Assembly (NCBI GenBank): GCA_964370815.1
Contig: CAYJKQ010000011.1
Location: 55,621 to 79,620 of the forward strand
Source: an uncultured Anaerolineaceae bacterium
Lineage (GTDB): Bacteria; Chloroflexota; Anaerolineae; Anaerolineales; Villigracilaceae
Length of the DNA stretch: 24,000 nucleotides
Reading direction: 5' to 3'
The notes below the pieces were generated by a model, which was not told where the DNA came from, made no database searches, and saw nothing but the letters and a program-made list of their open reading frames with translations. Within the stretch, counting starts at the first letter, position 1, and each line of letters begins with the position of its first letter. The translations under genes were made by a program, and so were the position numbers. Below, piece after piece: positions 9,028-18,242 of the stretch.

Positions 9028-10566
9028 TCAAGAAATGGCAAACTCTGCCAGGGAATCCGGTATGATGCCGGCCATTACCAAACCAACTTCTTCTTTTGTA
9101 GCTTTCCCGGAAGGGATGATCGCCAGGATCTTACCCCGATACATGACCGCGATGCGGTCTGCCAACTGCATGATCTCATCCAATTCAGGTGAAACCAGGA
9201 TGACAGCCACCCCTTCATCGCGCTTGTTCAGGATCTGACGATGGATATACTCGATCGAGCCAACATCCAGGCCGCGCGTGGGCTGTGAGGCGATCAACAA
9301 CTGGATCGGGCGGGACAATTCGCGCGCCACGATCACTTTTTGCTGGTTACCTCCGGATAAATTACCAACCCTTGTATTGATATTCGGGGTCCGGATATCA
9401 AATTGGTCGGTCAGTTTACTGGCATTTTCATCCACCTTATCCCATTGCATAAATTGATTTTTAGAAAATGGCGGCAGATAATAGGTGCACAAGACCAGGT
9501 TTTCCTTAACAGGGAAGGGCAGCACCAGCCCATCCTTCTGCCTGTCTTCCGGGATGTGAGCCACCCCGAGCTCCGTGATCTTACGGGGAGTGGCATGGCT
9601 TACGTCCACCTCATTGATCTTGATCTGACCCTTTGTGATACTTCTCAGTCCGGTCAGTGCCTCCACCAGCTCGGTCTGCCCGTTTCCCTGCACACCTGCA
9701 ATTCCCAGGATCTCTCCACCACTAACACTGAAGGAAACATCATCGACAGTAACCTGTTTCTTGTTATCCGTCACGATCAGGTCATTGACATTGAGGACCT
9801 CGTCACAGATCAGGCATTCAATTTTGGTCAGCTCAAGTTCTACTTCCCGCCCGACCATCATGGCTGCCAGGGTATTGCGGGAGGCCTTGTCCGGGGTGGT
9901 TTCACCAACCATTTTCCCCTGCCGGATCACGATGATGCGGTCAGCCAGTTTCAGCACTTCGCGCAATTTGTGGGTGATGAAAATGATCGATTTTCCCTGC
10001 GATGCCAGCGAACGGATGATCTCAAAAAGGTCATCGGCTTCCTGGGGAGTCAACACGGCGGTCGGTTCGTCAAAGATCAGCACTTCAGCGCCGCGGAACA
10101 ACAATTTTATGATCTCAACCCTTTGTTGGACGCCAACCGGAAGGTCTTTGACAAGGTCATATGGATTGACTTCAATTTTATAATCATTTGAGATGGCTAT
10201 TATTTTCTCGGCAGTTTTTGCCGTGTCCAGGAACCCCCCGGCTTTCACATCCTCCTGCCCCAGCATCACATTCTCTGCCACATTAAAAACAGGCACCAGC
10301 ATAAAATGCTGATGGACCATTCCGATCCCTTTTGAGATCGCATCTGAGGGTGAATGAAACGAGACCTGGTTGCCTTCGATGAATATTTCCCCCTCATCCG
10401 GCTGATAAAGCCCATACAGCACATTCATCAGGGTTGTCTTCCCGGCTCCATTTTCACCGAGCAGGGCGAGGATCTCACCCTTTTGGAGCGTAAAACTGAT
10501 ATGATCATTGGCGATCACACCGGGGAAAATTTTGGTGATGTTCTTGAATTCGAGAACAGGAGTCAT
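9028..10566 (-). CDS. ABC transporter ATP-binding protein, duplicated ATPase (CUT2 type, RbsA/YufO-like)
   Basis: 512 aa. Walker A GENGAGKTT, signature LPVGVQQRVEI, Walker B VLIFDEPT; the second half has GVQGNGQTEL, LSGGNQQKV and LLIASQPTRGLD. Confidence 0.95.
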   Translation of the reverse strand: MTPVLEFKNITKIFPGVIANDHISFTLQKGEILALLGENGAGKTTLMNVLYGLYQPDEGEIFIEGNQVSFHSPSDAISKGIGMVHQHFMLVPVFNVAENVMLGQEDVKAGGFLDTAKTAEKIIAISNDYKIEVNPYDLVKDLPVGVQQRVEIIKLLFRGAEVLIFDEPTAVLTPQEADDLFEIIRSLASQGKSIIFITHKLREVLKLADRIIVIRQGKMVGETTPDKASRNTLAAMMVGREVELELTKIECLICDEVLNVNDLIVTDNKKQVTVDDVSFSVSGGEILGIAGVQGNGQTELVEALTGLRSITKGQIKINEVDVSHATPRKITELGVAHIPEDRQKDGLVLPFPVKENLVLCTYYLPPFSKNQFMQWDKVDENASKLTDQFDIRTPNINTRVGNLSGGNQQKVIVARELSRPIQLLIASQPTRGLDVGSIEYIHRQILNKRDEGVAVILVSPELDEIMQLADRIAVMYRGKILAIIPSGKATKEEVGLVMAGIIPDSLAEFAIS

Positions 10567-10610
10567 AACTCTCCTTCAGGAAGATTTGTGAAAAACATTA
10601 TAACATTAAG

Positions 10611-10644
10611 AAAAGAGGAGCTGGCTTTCACCAACTCCTCTTTT
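10611..10644 (-). terminator. intra-operon hairpin/attenuator between the SBP and ATPase genes
   Basis: On the - strand transcript: AAAAGAGGAGUUGG ugaaag CCAGCUCCUCUUUU, a 14-bp stem with one G.U pair and a U-rich 3' side. The same position is a C.A mismatch on the + strand, so the structure is better on the coding strand. It starts 18 nt after the SBP stop. Confidence 0.5.
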
Positions 10645-10662
10645 TGTTTCTTTAAGGTTCGA

Positions 10663-11754
10663 TTAGCGGGAGTACTGGTAAACGAGTGTGCCGGCAATGA
10701 TCTCAGCCTGGAGTTGTTCGATCTCAGCCAGGATGGCGGGATCAATTGTGTCCTTGAAATCAACACCAACAGCAATACCAACACCACCATTATCGAGGGT
10801 ACCCACGAAGGTGTTGCCTGCAAAGGTTCCGTCAACAACGGTTCCAATGGTATCCGTCAGCCACATATCCATGTTCTTCAAAGCACTGGCAAGAACAAAA
10901 GCTGAATCTTCGTCGTAGAGGACGGACCAATCGGTATCCACACCAACCATCAAGGCGCCGCGTTCTTTTACAGCAGCCAGGGTACCAGCGCCAACGGGGC
11001 CAGCCACAGGCATGATGATGTCAGCGCCTTCGTCGAGCAGACCGAGGGTGATGGTCTTACCCTTGTCAACATCGCTGAAGTCACCAACTTCCAAACCTGT
11101 GTATGCAACCGGATCCCAACCTTTCAATATAACATCGGTACCATGAACTTCGTTGTACTTCATCATGCCCATGTAGAAACCGTCCATGAAACTGGCGGTG
11201 GATGGGAATAACATTCCAACGTAGGTTCCGAGGATACCGGTCTTGGTCTGGGACGCAGCCAGGTAACCCAGCAGGTAGGTGGCCTGGTCAATATTGTAAA
11301 CACTGGCAGCCATATTGGGGTACACCGGATCCCAAGCCATATCGATCATGCCAAATTTCTGGTCAGGGTTGGCAATGGCAGCGGCTTCGGTGGCGAAGTT
11401 GATGTTGAAGCCAACACCAACGATCAGGTCACAAGTACCATCCAGGTAGGAATTGATGTTCTTCTCATAATCGGACTGTTGTTCGGATTCAAGAAAAACA
11501 CCATCCACTCCATATTTAGCCATGGCATCGGTGACACCTTTCCATGCGGTCGCATTGAAGGATTTGTCATCCACACCACCCATATCGTTGACGTTGCAGA
11601 TCTTGATTCCGATCGGGGCAACAGTGGGAGCTGCTGTAGGGGCATCGGTAACCACAGGACCTTCGGTCGCTATGACTCCACCACCACCACAGGCTGACAG
11701 CAGCATGGAGGCTACCATCAGGATTGAAATTACAACTAAAATTTTCTTTGACAT
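10663..11754 (-). CDS. BMP-family ABC substrate-binding lipoprotein (PnrA-like, probable nucleoside binding)
   Basis: 363 aa. Signal peptide plus lipobox MLLSACGGGG and BMP-family motifs. It is the first gene of a four-gene ABC operon. Confidence 0.9.
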   Translation of the reverse strand: MSKKILVVISILMVASMLLSACGGGGVIATEGPVVTDAPTAAPTVAPIGIKICNVNDMGGVDDKSFNATAWKGVTDAMAKYGVDGVFLESEQQSDYEKNINSYLDGTCDLIVGVGFNINFATEAAAIANPDQKFGMIDMAWDPVYPNMAASVYNIDQATYLLGYLAASQTKTGILGTYVGMLFPSTASFMDGFYMGMMKYNEVHGTDVILKGWDPVAYTGLEVGDFSDVDKGKTITLGLLDEGADIIMPVAGPVGAGTLAAVKERGALMVGVDTDWSVLYDEDSAFVLASALKNMDMWLTDTIGTVVDGTFAGNTFVGTLDNGGVGIAVGVDFKDTIDPAILAEIEQLQAEIIAGTLVYQYSR

Positions 11755-12012
11755 AAGATTTTTTCCTTTTCTCTTCTCTTTTATAAGTTAGGGTGGATTG
11801 ACGTATATAATAACAAGGATTTATTTATCGGAATATGCGTGCCTCCTTTTATCACAAATTACAGGTGTAAGATGATCCTATACCTGTTATTGTATACTAT
11901 AACACAGATAAAAGACAAGCACCTGTCCCTTTTGTATGCTTTTTTTGTATCAATTGTCATACCCGATATTCGAATAAAGTCTCTGCTCCACAACTCACCT
12001 TTGGTTCCAGAT

Positions 12013-13482
12013 CTATGGAAGTTCAGCGGTTATGGATTGAACACCATAATAGTAAGCTGCACATTGATTCACCCACATGGACGATTCGGGACCCAGCTCC
12101 ATTAAACTGGAGATGCTGTCGAAGGAATTTATGGTGATCTCTTGCTGCCCTTGCCCGGCGAGTGCACGGATCCTGGCATGGCGTTCATCCCATGCTATCG
12201 CACGCTTCTGGTAATCTGGAAGATCCTGTAATAACTTTCGGGTGGAGTACAAAGGATAAAGGCTCAATACCACCAGGAACAGGATGGAAAATATGCGCAA
12301 CTCAATTGGAGGTAATTCGAAGCTTTGTTGATGCAGCAAACCCAGGCAGATCCCGAAGATGAAACCCTCAATGATGATCAAGGCAACCATGAATGTGAAG
12401 GCAGTCACCAGTACGCGCGGTTCTGGATATGTGGACTCACCAAATGCGCTGGGAGCGCAGATGCAAACCATTATCAGATATACGAAGAGAGGAAGACTGA
12501 AGATGACTGTCACCAGGCTGGTGGGGTGCAAACCAGCACCTCTGCCCGGTTTGTAAAATAGAACGTAAGCCAGAAGCATGCTGGTCAGCAGGATGATGAT
12601 AAAAGGAAACGCGTATTCATTGAGAGAAATGTACATGAATTGGAAGCTAAACGTGAATGACATTTTGATCAGGTTGAGAAGATCAGGCGGCGGTCCGATC
12701 AATCCCTGGCGCATGGCTGTAGCGGGGGAGAAGTAGAGCGTTGCCATCGCCAGGAGTGAACCCAGCAGGGCACTCCCCACCAGGATCAATGTCCAATTCC
12801 TGGTTTCGCCTTTAGCCAGGAAGAAAACTGCCAGGATTGTCAAACCCAACCCACCGATCTGCAAAGCAGCCATCGTCTCCGAAAAACCTCCATTGAAAAA
12901 GAAAAGAATGACCAGCAGGGTTGCAACCAGGGGTCTCCATTTTCTAACGGGGTTTTGAGCCTGGATCAGTAGCAGGCAACAAAGAAAGGTGAGCAAAGCC
13001 ATGGGAATTGTGTAGGTTACAAGGGCAGGACGCCAGAATAAGATCTGGTACCGGTTTGGTGAGAACAATGGTACATAGAACACCAGCAGACCTGCCAGCA
13101 GGAAGGAGGCAATGCGGGGAATTTCAAGTTTTAAGGTTTTTTGCAGGTTATGAACCAGAAAGAAAGTCCCTGTCAACCATAAAGCCAGCATTAATCCAGT
13201 CAGGACCGGCATGGGACCACGACTTATTTTTTCGATCAAGGTGAATAAAGCAGTTGCAGCATAGCGGCTTGAATCACTTTTATACCAGTAGGTGATGGAG
13301 TCCAGGAGCGGTCTCTGGGCATTCCAGGCCATGCAGTAATCATCCGCCTGGAATCGGGCAAATAGTCCCAAATATGCATATACACAGATGGCTGCGAGTA
13401 CGACACCTGCGGCTATAAAAATCCACGTATTTAGATTTGAAAGCCATTGAACCAGGTTTTTGCGATTTGACGATCGAGACAT
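12013..13482 (-). CDS. polytopic membrane protein, putative GT-C-type glycosyltransferase (uncharacterised family)
   Basis: 489 aa with about 12-13 hydrophobic segments. An acidic ADD motif (RFQADDYC) follows TM1 directly, as in GT-C first-loop motifs. GGAGGT SD present. It sits in a cluster with polyprenyl-P-sugar synthases. The family assignment is inference. Confidence 0.6.
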   Translation of the reverse strand: MSRSSNRKNLVQWLSNLNTWIFIAAGVVLAAICVYAYLGLFARFQADDYCMAWNAQRPLLDSITYWYKSDSSRYAATALFTLIEKISRGPMPVLTGLMLALWLTGTFFLVHNLQKTLKLEIPRIASFLLAGLLVFYVPLFSPNRYQILFWRPALVTYTIPMALLTFLCCLLLIQAQNPVRKWRPLVATLLVILFFFNGGFSETMAALQIGGLGLTILAVFFLAKGETRNWTLILVGSALLGSLLAMATLYFSPATAMRQGLIGPPPDLLNLIKMSFTFSFQFMYISLNEYAFPFIIILLTSMLLAYVLFYKPGRGAGLHPTSLVTVIFSLPLFVYLIMVCICAPSAFGESTYPEPRVLVTAFTFMVALIIIEGFIFGICLGLLHQQSFELPPIELRIFSILFLVVLSLYPLYSTRKLLQDLPDYQKRAIAWDERHARIRALAGQGQQEITINSFDSISSLMELGPESSMWVNQCAAYYYGVQSITAELP

Positions 13483-13637
13483 GTCACCTCCAATGTTAAC
13501 TGGCTATGATCGCGACTTCTTGAACAGGGGAGGCGCGCTTACAGGCAGGGCAAGTTCACCTGCAAGTCCAACATTTCCCGAATAATTGTGAGAGTCCTGA
13601 TATGTCATGTAATTACCCTGGATGAGCAGTACCAATT

Positions 13638-14372
13638 TCATTTATATTTCCCGCGCAGGTCATTGATACGGATCAAGAACAGATCCAGGAACATTCTGCC
13701 TGAATCATGCAGGATCCTGACGCGGCTGTCCATACGAAAATCGGTCATGCGCACAGGCACAAGACGGATGGAGTATTTGAGCTTGCGGGCAATATACAGG
13801 GCTTCCACATCAAAACCAAATTTCTGGATGCTGACCCGCTTGAAGATCTGGCGGGCAGCCTCTGCCCGGAAGCCCTTCAGCCCACACTGCGTGTCGCGGA
13901 TACCGGGGAACATCAGCAGCGCCACCAGCAGGCTGAAGAACTGCCCGGTAAGATAACGCAGCGGGGGCACACCTCGTAGTTCCGAGCCTTCCTGGTGGCG
14001 CGAGCCGATCGCCAGGTCATAGTCACCGCGCAGGGCTGCCAGGAAAACGTCCACCGCTGCCAGTTCATAGGGCAGGTCTGCATCCATGAAGAGAATGTAT
14101 TCCCCGCGGCTTTCCTGCACACCGCGCTGGATGGCGCGGCCCTTTCCCTGGTTGGATGGCTGCACCAGTAAGCGCACATTCGGTCGGGTTTCGGAGTACT
14201 GGCGCACCAACCGGGCTGTCTCATCCTGGCTGCCGTCATCCACAACCAAAACCTCAAAACTTGCGAAGCGTGGCTGAAGAAATTGATCCAGTATTTCAAG
14301 ATTGGCTGTGATCAATTGCTGCTCGTTGTAAGCCGGAATGATCAGGGATAGCTCCACAGGCGCGTTGGTCAT
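13638..14372 (-). CDS. GT2 glycosyltransferase, dolichyl/polyprenyl-phosphate beta-glucosyltransferase-like (Alg5-like)
   Basis: 244 aa with the motifs SLIIPAYNE, VLVVDDGSQDET, NQGKGRA, FMDADL and IGSR. Confidence 0.85.
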   Translation of the reverse strand: MTNAPVELSLIIPAYNEQQLITANLEILDQFLQPRFASFEVLVVDDGSQDETARLVRQYSETRPNVRLLVQPSNQGKGRAIQRGVQESRGEYILFMDADLPYELAAVDVFLAALRGDYDLAIGSRHQEGSELRGVPPLRYLTGQFFSLLVALLMFPGIRDTQCGLKGFRAEAARQIFKRVSIQKFGFDVEALYIARKLKYSIRLVPVRMTDFRMDSRVRILHDSGRMFLDLFLIRINDLRGKYK

Positions 14373-15142
14373 TTGTTCCTGATAAACAGGGAATCCGACT
14401 GCAGAATGGACCCATCCAGGGGCGAAAGCATCGAGTCCAGGTTTCCGGCAAAGCGGAAACCCGCCTGCGTCAGCAACTGGTGGATGCCCTCAAACAACAC
14501 CTGACCGGAATACAAAGGCTGATAGGAAACCTCGATCTCGATGAAATCCACTTGCTTCAATACCTGTCCGGAGCCCCTCAGAACGGCATCTTCATAGCCC
14601 TGCACATCGATCTTGAGAAAGACCGCCGAATCCAGGCTTATTCTATCCAGATAATCATCCAGGCGGGCGACAGGAACACTTACGGTCGTGGAATGTGCGC
14701 TCTGAGGAAATGTCTGGCGGTGCAGCTCACCCATTTCGAGCACTGAAGAGGATGGGCTGAAATCGCTGCGATGGAATTTCATCTCTCCGGTCTGCTCGCC
14801 GATGGCGGTGTTGAATGCCTGAAAATTACCAAAGGGGGCTAGATTTTTTACCAGTTGGGCGTAATTGTCCTGCAGTGGTTCAAAAGAGTAGATGCGTGCA
14901 TCCGGCAGGATGTGGCGGATGGCATAGGCAAACGAGCCAATGTAGCTGCCCACGTCCAGAACGGTTTTTATGCCCATCTTCTGAAACCAGACCATGTGCG
15001 GGGTCAGTCGCGGCATCTCATGCACCAGGCTGCGCTGGGTCAAGACCTTACCTAGCAGCGGCAGAAAACGGTGCGGGTACTGGAAGGGCAGGGATAGGTA
15101 TTCAATTCCCTTGATCAGGGTGGCAGAAAACGACTTTGGCAT
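14369..15142 (-). CDS. FkbM-family SAM-dependent methyltransferase
   Basis: 257 aa with VLDVGSYIGSF (SAM-binding glycine loop) and IYSFEP.. downstream, as in FkbM domains. Its stop overlaps the GT2 start (ATGA). Confidence 0.8.
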   Translation of the reverse strand: MPKSFSATLIKGIEYLSLPFQYPHRFLPLLGKVLTQRSLVHEMPRLTPHMVWFQKMGIKTVLDVGSYIGSFAYAIRHILPDARIYSFEPLQDNYAQLVKNLAPFGNFQAFNTAIGEQTGEMKFHRSDFSPSSSVLEMGELHRQTFPQSAHSTTVSVPVARLDDYLDRISLDSAVFLKIDVQGYEDAVLRGSGQVLKQVDFIEIEVSYQPLYSGQVLFEGIHQLLTQAGFRFAGNLDSMLSPLDGSILQSDSLFIRNK

Positions 15143-15405
15143 GCTTCCTCGAACTTTAGTTTATACAGGCTATGATAGCATGAAATTGCAGGCAGCGGGG
15201 GGAGGAAGACAGACCAGCAAGCCACCGCAGCAGCTCGATCCTCCAAAATTCCTGGAAGGGCAACCGGTCACCCTGTGTCTGGCGACAGGAAGGCGAAGTA
15301 TAAGGTAAAATACAGGCTGTCTATTTGAAATTTTTCACCGTCTGGAAATAAAAGCTCATTAATTCATGACGTGAAAATAAGGATGTAAATAAATATCGAG
15401 TGGCT

Positions 15406-16125
15406 ATGAAAATTGGCATTATCATTCCAACTTACAATGAAGCGGATAATTTGCCAAAATTGATCCCTGCCTTGTTTGCTCTTCCACTTGATCTGCATCT
15501 GCTGGTGGTGGATGACAATAGCCCGGATGGTACCGGTCAATTGGCTGATGAGTTCTCCCTGAAACATGCCGGTCGAATGAACGTCCTGCATAGACCCGGA
15601 AAATTGGGTTATGCCTCAGCCAGTATTCAAGGCTTTCATTTTTTCTTAAACCAGGGTATGGATGTGATCGGGCAAATGGATGCCGATTTCTCCCACGATC
15701 CTGCCGATCTACTTACCATGTCAGAACATCTCCAGGGCTGCGGGCTGGTTATCGGATCCCGTTATATCAAGGGGGGCAGCGTGGACCGCCAGTGGTCCTA
15801 TGCTCGCCGCGGGCTTTCAGCATTTGGGAATTCATATGCCCGCCTGATACTGGGACTCCCTTACAAGGATATTACGACGGGTTTTCGACTCTGGCGATCC
15901 GAGGCGCTTGTGAGAATTCCGCTTGACCTAATTCATTCAAGAGGATATGTCTTCCTGATCGAATTGACTTACCTGGCACATCGGCTCGGAATCCAGGTTG
16001 TCGAGGTTCCCATCTTTTTTGCTGACCGGAAAGGTGGTAAAACCAAGATGTCGTTCCAGATCCAGGTGGAGGCTGCCTGGCGGGTCTGGCAATTGCCTTT
16101 CATCCATCGGAATAAAAATATCTAA
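15406..16125 (+). CDS. polyprenol monophosphomannose synthase / dolichol-phosphate mannosyltransferase (GT2, Ppm1/Dpm1-like)
   Basis: The track starts at GTG 15400; ATG 15406 (MKIGIIIPTYNE) is preferred. Motifs: LLVVDDNSPDGT, MDADFSHDP, IGSRY, and the C-terminal VVEVPIFFADRKGGKTKM. Confidence 0.9.
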   Translation: MKIGIIIPTYNEADNLPKLIPALFALPLDLHLLVVDDNSPDGTGQLADEFSLKHAGRMNVLHRPGKLGYASASIQGFHFFLNQGMDVIGQMDADFSHDPADLLTMSEHLQGCGLVIGSRYIKGGSVDRQWSYARRGLSAFGNSYARLILGLPYKDITTGFRLWRSEALVRIPLDLIHSRGYVFLIELTYLAHRLGIQVVEVPIFFADRKGGKTKMSFQIQVEAAWRVWQLPFIHRNKNI

Positions 16126-16212
16126 GGGATGTGCCCTATCAATACCCCTGGGGAGATGAATGGTAAAAAAAGCAAAATCCGCCAACGTACGAAATCCCCG
16201 ACGCTTTAAATT

Positions 16213-16234
16213 ATCCCCGGAATTACCCGGGGAT
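16213..16234. terminator. GC-rich hairpin ATCCCCGG aattac CCGGGGAT between convergent genes
   Basis: Perfect 8-bp stem, 15 nt downstream of the ada stop. Only weak U/A-rich flanks. Confidence 0.35.
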
Positions 16235-16248
16235 CTGTCGTTGCCAGA

Positions 16249-17304
16249 TTATATCAACCCAAACTTGTGTTCATGGTTTAGCAGGTATTGCTTGCGCCAC
16301 AACCCACCCCCGTAACCGACAAGTCTCCCGTCTGCCCCGATGACGCGATGGCAAGGAATGATGATGGCGATCCTGTTATCGCCATTTGCCCTTGCCACAG
16401 CCCGCACTGCACTGGGCTGATCTATGAGCTCAGCCTGTTCTTTGTAGGAGCGGGTGGAACCATAGGGGATCATTTGCAAGCCCGCCCACACTTTTTGTTG
16501 AAAAGGTGTTCCGGGCAGCACCAGGGGAATGTTAAATACCTTGCGCTTGCCGGAAAAATATTCTTCCAATTGCATGCTGAGACCATCAAAATGCTTACTG
16601 AAACCGGGGACTATCTCAGCCTTCAATAAATTGTTCAACCTTCCCAACTGGGTTTCCAACATTCTTCTATCGACAAATTCCAGCAGGCAAATGCCATCTT
16701 CGCTGGCTCCAGCCAGCATTGGACCCAACGGTGTCAATATCCGGGTGGTAACGATCAGTTGCCCTTCCAGGCTTTTAGCGGGGCTAAAACCAGCCGTCTT
16801 TTTGAACGAATCCGTGAAGCCACTTAACGAATTGTAGCCGGATTCAAAAGCTGTTTCCGTAACCCCTTCTCCATATTTGATCCTTCCAAAAGCCTGCCCG
16901 ATCCGCAAGGCACGCAAATAAGCCTGAAAAGTTATGCCGTGATGTTTCTTGAACCAGTAATTGACCCGGTTGGGTTCCAACCCCCTGGACCGCAGGTCGC
17001 TGCTTTGTATCCTGACCAGCGGGTTCTCGTTGATCTCAGCTAATAAAGGATTCAACCAATCGGGCGCTGTCCCTTTATAACTTAAGGGATTACAAACCTT
17101 GCAGGGTCGGTAACCACTCACAAGTGCTTCATGAGCTGTGCCAAAAAACTCCACGTTTTCCGGTTTTGGTTTTCGGGCAGTACAAGTAGGCCGACAAAAG
17201 ATACCGGTCGTCTTGATCCCAGCCATGAAGATCCCCTCAAAATTACTGTCCTTGTTGACCAAGGCTGAATACATTATTTCTGTGTCCGGCAGGGTTTGTT
17301 CCAT
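16249..17304 (-). CDS. ada: bifunctional Ada: methylphosphotriester-sensing Zn domain + AraC HTH + O6-alkylguanine-DNA methyltransferase
   Basis: 351 aa. N-terminal Cys cluster FCRPTCTARKP...YRPCKVC, a central AraC-type HTH region, and the C-terminal MGMT active site IIIPCHRVIG. Confidence 0.9.
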   Translation of the reverse strand: MEQTLPDTEIMYSALVNKDSNFEGIFMAGIKTTGIFCRPTCTARKPKPENVEFFGTAHEALVSGYRPCKVCNPLSYKGTAPDWLNPLLAEINENPLVRIQSSDLRSRGLEPNRVNYWFKKHHGITFQAYLRALRIGQAFGRIKYGEGVTETAFESGYNSLSGFTDSFKKTAGFSPAKSLEGQLIVTTRILTPLGPMLAGASEDGICLLEFVDRRMLETQLGRLNNLLKAEIVPGFSKHFDGLSMQLEEYFSGKRKVFNIPLVLPGTPFQQKVWAGLQMIPYGSTRSYKEQAELIDQPSAVRAVARANGDNRIAIIIPCHRVIGADGRLVGYGGGLWRKQYLLNHEHKFGLI

Positions 17305-17323
17305 GAGTGTGCCTTTCCTGTGA

Positions 17324-17352
17324 ATTTTAGTAGTACCTCATTCTGCCATCAA
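17324..17352 (-). promoter_or_regulatory. candidate ada promoter: -35 TTGATG, 17-nt spacer, -10 TAAAAT (minus strand)
   Basis: rc of 17347-17352 and rc of 17324-17329. The short predicted leader contains GGAAAGG. Confidence 0.35.
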
Positions 17353-17475
17353 TTGATCTTACTCACAACCGAAAATCAAACAAACAATTTTCCTTCCACC
17401 TGCTCTCACATTGTCGCGGAAGTGAGCATGAGCGCTGGTATCAGGGTGTCAGCTGGCGTTGCCAGTTCGCGCAAA

Positions 17476-17808
17476 TTAGACGGCATGCCTGCCCAACCAG
17501 AACTTGCGCCAGTCGCCCTTGCTGAGGAAAAGCGCCAGCAGGGCATACAGGCTTCCAGCCCAGAAACCGAGCGTGAGCATTGCCGCCGTCCACAGGATGG
17601 CAACCGGCAGCGACCTCTCGCGGTACAGGATCCAACCGGAAAACAGCAGGAAGCCAGTGTACAGGTCCACCAGGGAGACGATACCCCACGGCATTTTCAT
17701 CAGCTCGCTGCCTTCAGTGAAGAAATCACCCACCGTAAAACCGTAGATCAGTACAGCCGTCATGACCAGCAGGCCTAAAATGGAGATGAGTTTCGCGGTC
17801 TTCATCAC
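17476..17808 (-). CDS. small polytopic membrane protein, DUF1475-like
   Basis: 110 aa. The motif GDFF.EGS.L..MPWGIVSLVDLY.GF.LFSGWI.YRE resembles DUF1475 from memory. Start is GTG 17808 (GTGA overlap) or ATG 17805 (TGATG overlap) with the upstream gene. Confidence 0.65.
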   Translation of the reverse strand: MMKTAKLISILGLLVMTAVLIYGFTVGDFFTEGSELMKMPWGIVSLVDLYTGFLLFSGWILYRERSLPVAILWTAAMLTLGFWAGSLYALLALFLSKGDWRKFWLGRHAV

Positions 17809-18149
17809 AGCACCAGTATCACGCCGATCACGATCTCAATTACCAGGCTGATGACGTTGGAGCTTTCGATGGATTTATCTGTAAACATCGAGATGGCTCG
17901 AACCACGGCGATTGCCAGGTACATCATGCCAAGCATGGGATAAGCTACAGCTTTGTCTAATATTAGTGCTGCGATGCCAAGCCCGATGAATAGTCCGCCA
18001 AATATGGCGCGGATCTCCGTAATGCCGCGCCCACCGACCGGATGGATGCCGGTAAAGCCTTCAATTTTGGTCGGCACGACCAGGGACAACAGTCCGGTTA
18101 GTAAGGTGGCGATAACAGCAATGATCTGGAGTATCTTTAGCAGGTTCAT
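17805..18149 (-). CDS. small 4-TM membrane protein, DUF4345-like
   Basis: 114 aa. The motif E.RAIFGGLFIGLG is reminiscent of DUF4345. AAGGAG SD lies 5 nt upstream of the ATG. Confidence 0.65.
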   Translation of the reverse strand: MNLLKILQIIAVIATLLTGLLSLVVPTKIEGFTGIHPVGGRGITEIRAIFGGLFIGLGIAALILDKAVAYPMLGMMYLAIAVVRAISMFTDKSIESSNVISLVIEIVIGVILVL

Positions 18150-18242
18150 TTATTCTCCTTGTCTTTCATTAGCCAGGTAGGAGGTCCGGAGGCAGGCTCA
18201 TTGGCATTCTTGAGAGACAGCTCTGAACAGGTTGTTCCTGGA

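Noticed and set aside
9403-10191. Long plus-strand ORFs antisense to real genes. Examples: 9403-10191 (262 aa), 21492-22427 (311 aa), 18840-19544 (234 aa), 17296-17778 (160 aa), 10354-10905 (183 aa).
   Set aside because: They lie entirely opposite well-supported CDS with recognisable families. Their composition is low-complexity, Arg/Gly/His-rich. They have no SD sites and no recognisable motifs, so they are shadow ORFs.
16249-17304. ada as a sixth member of the light-response operon. The idea came from a remembered report linking a heliorhodopsin to DNA repair via photolyase.
   Set aside because: There is a 171-nt gap containing a reasonable independent promoter (TTGATG-N17-TAAAAT). Ada repairs alkylation damage, not photodamage. 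The adjacency alone is insufficient.
17476-18149. The overlapping small-gene pair as a toxin-antitoxin or defence module.
   Set aside because: Both products are polytopic membrane proteins with no nuclease, antitoxin or HTH features. No defence-system hallmark genes occur anywhere in the window.
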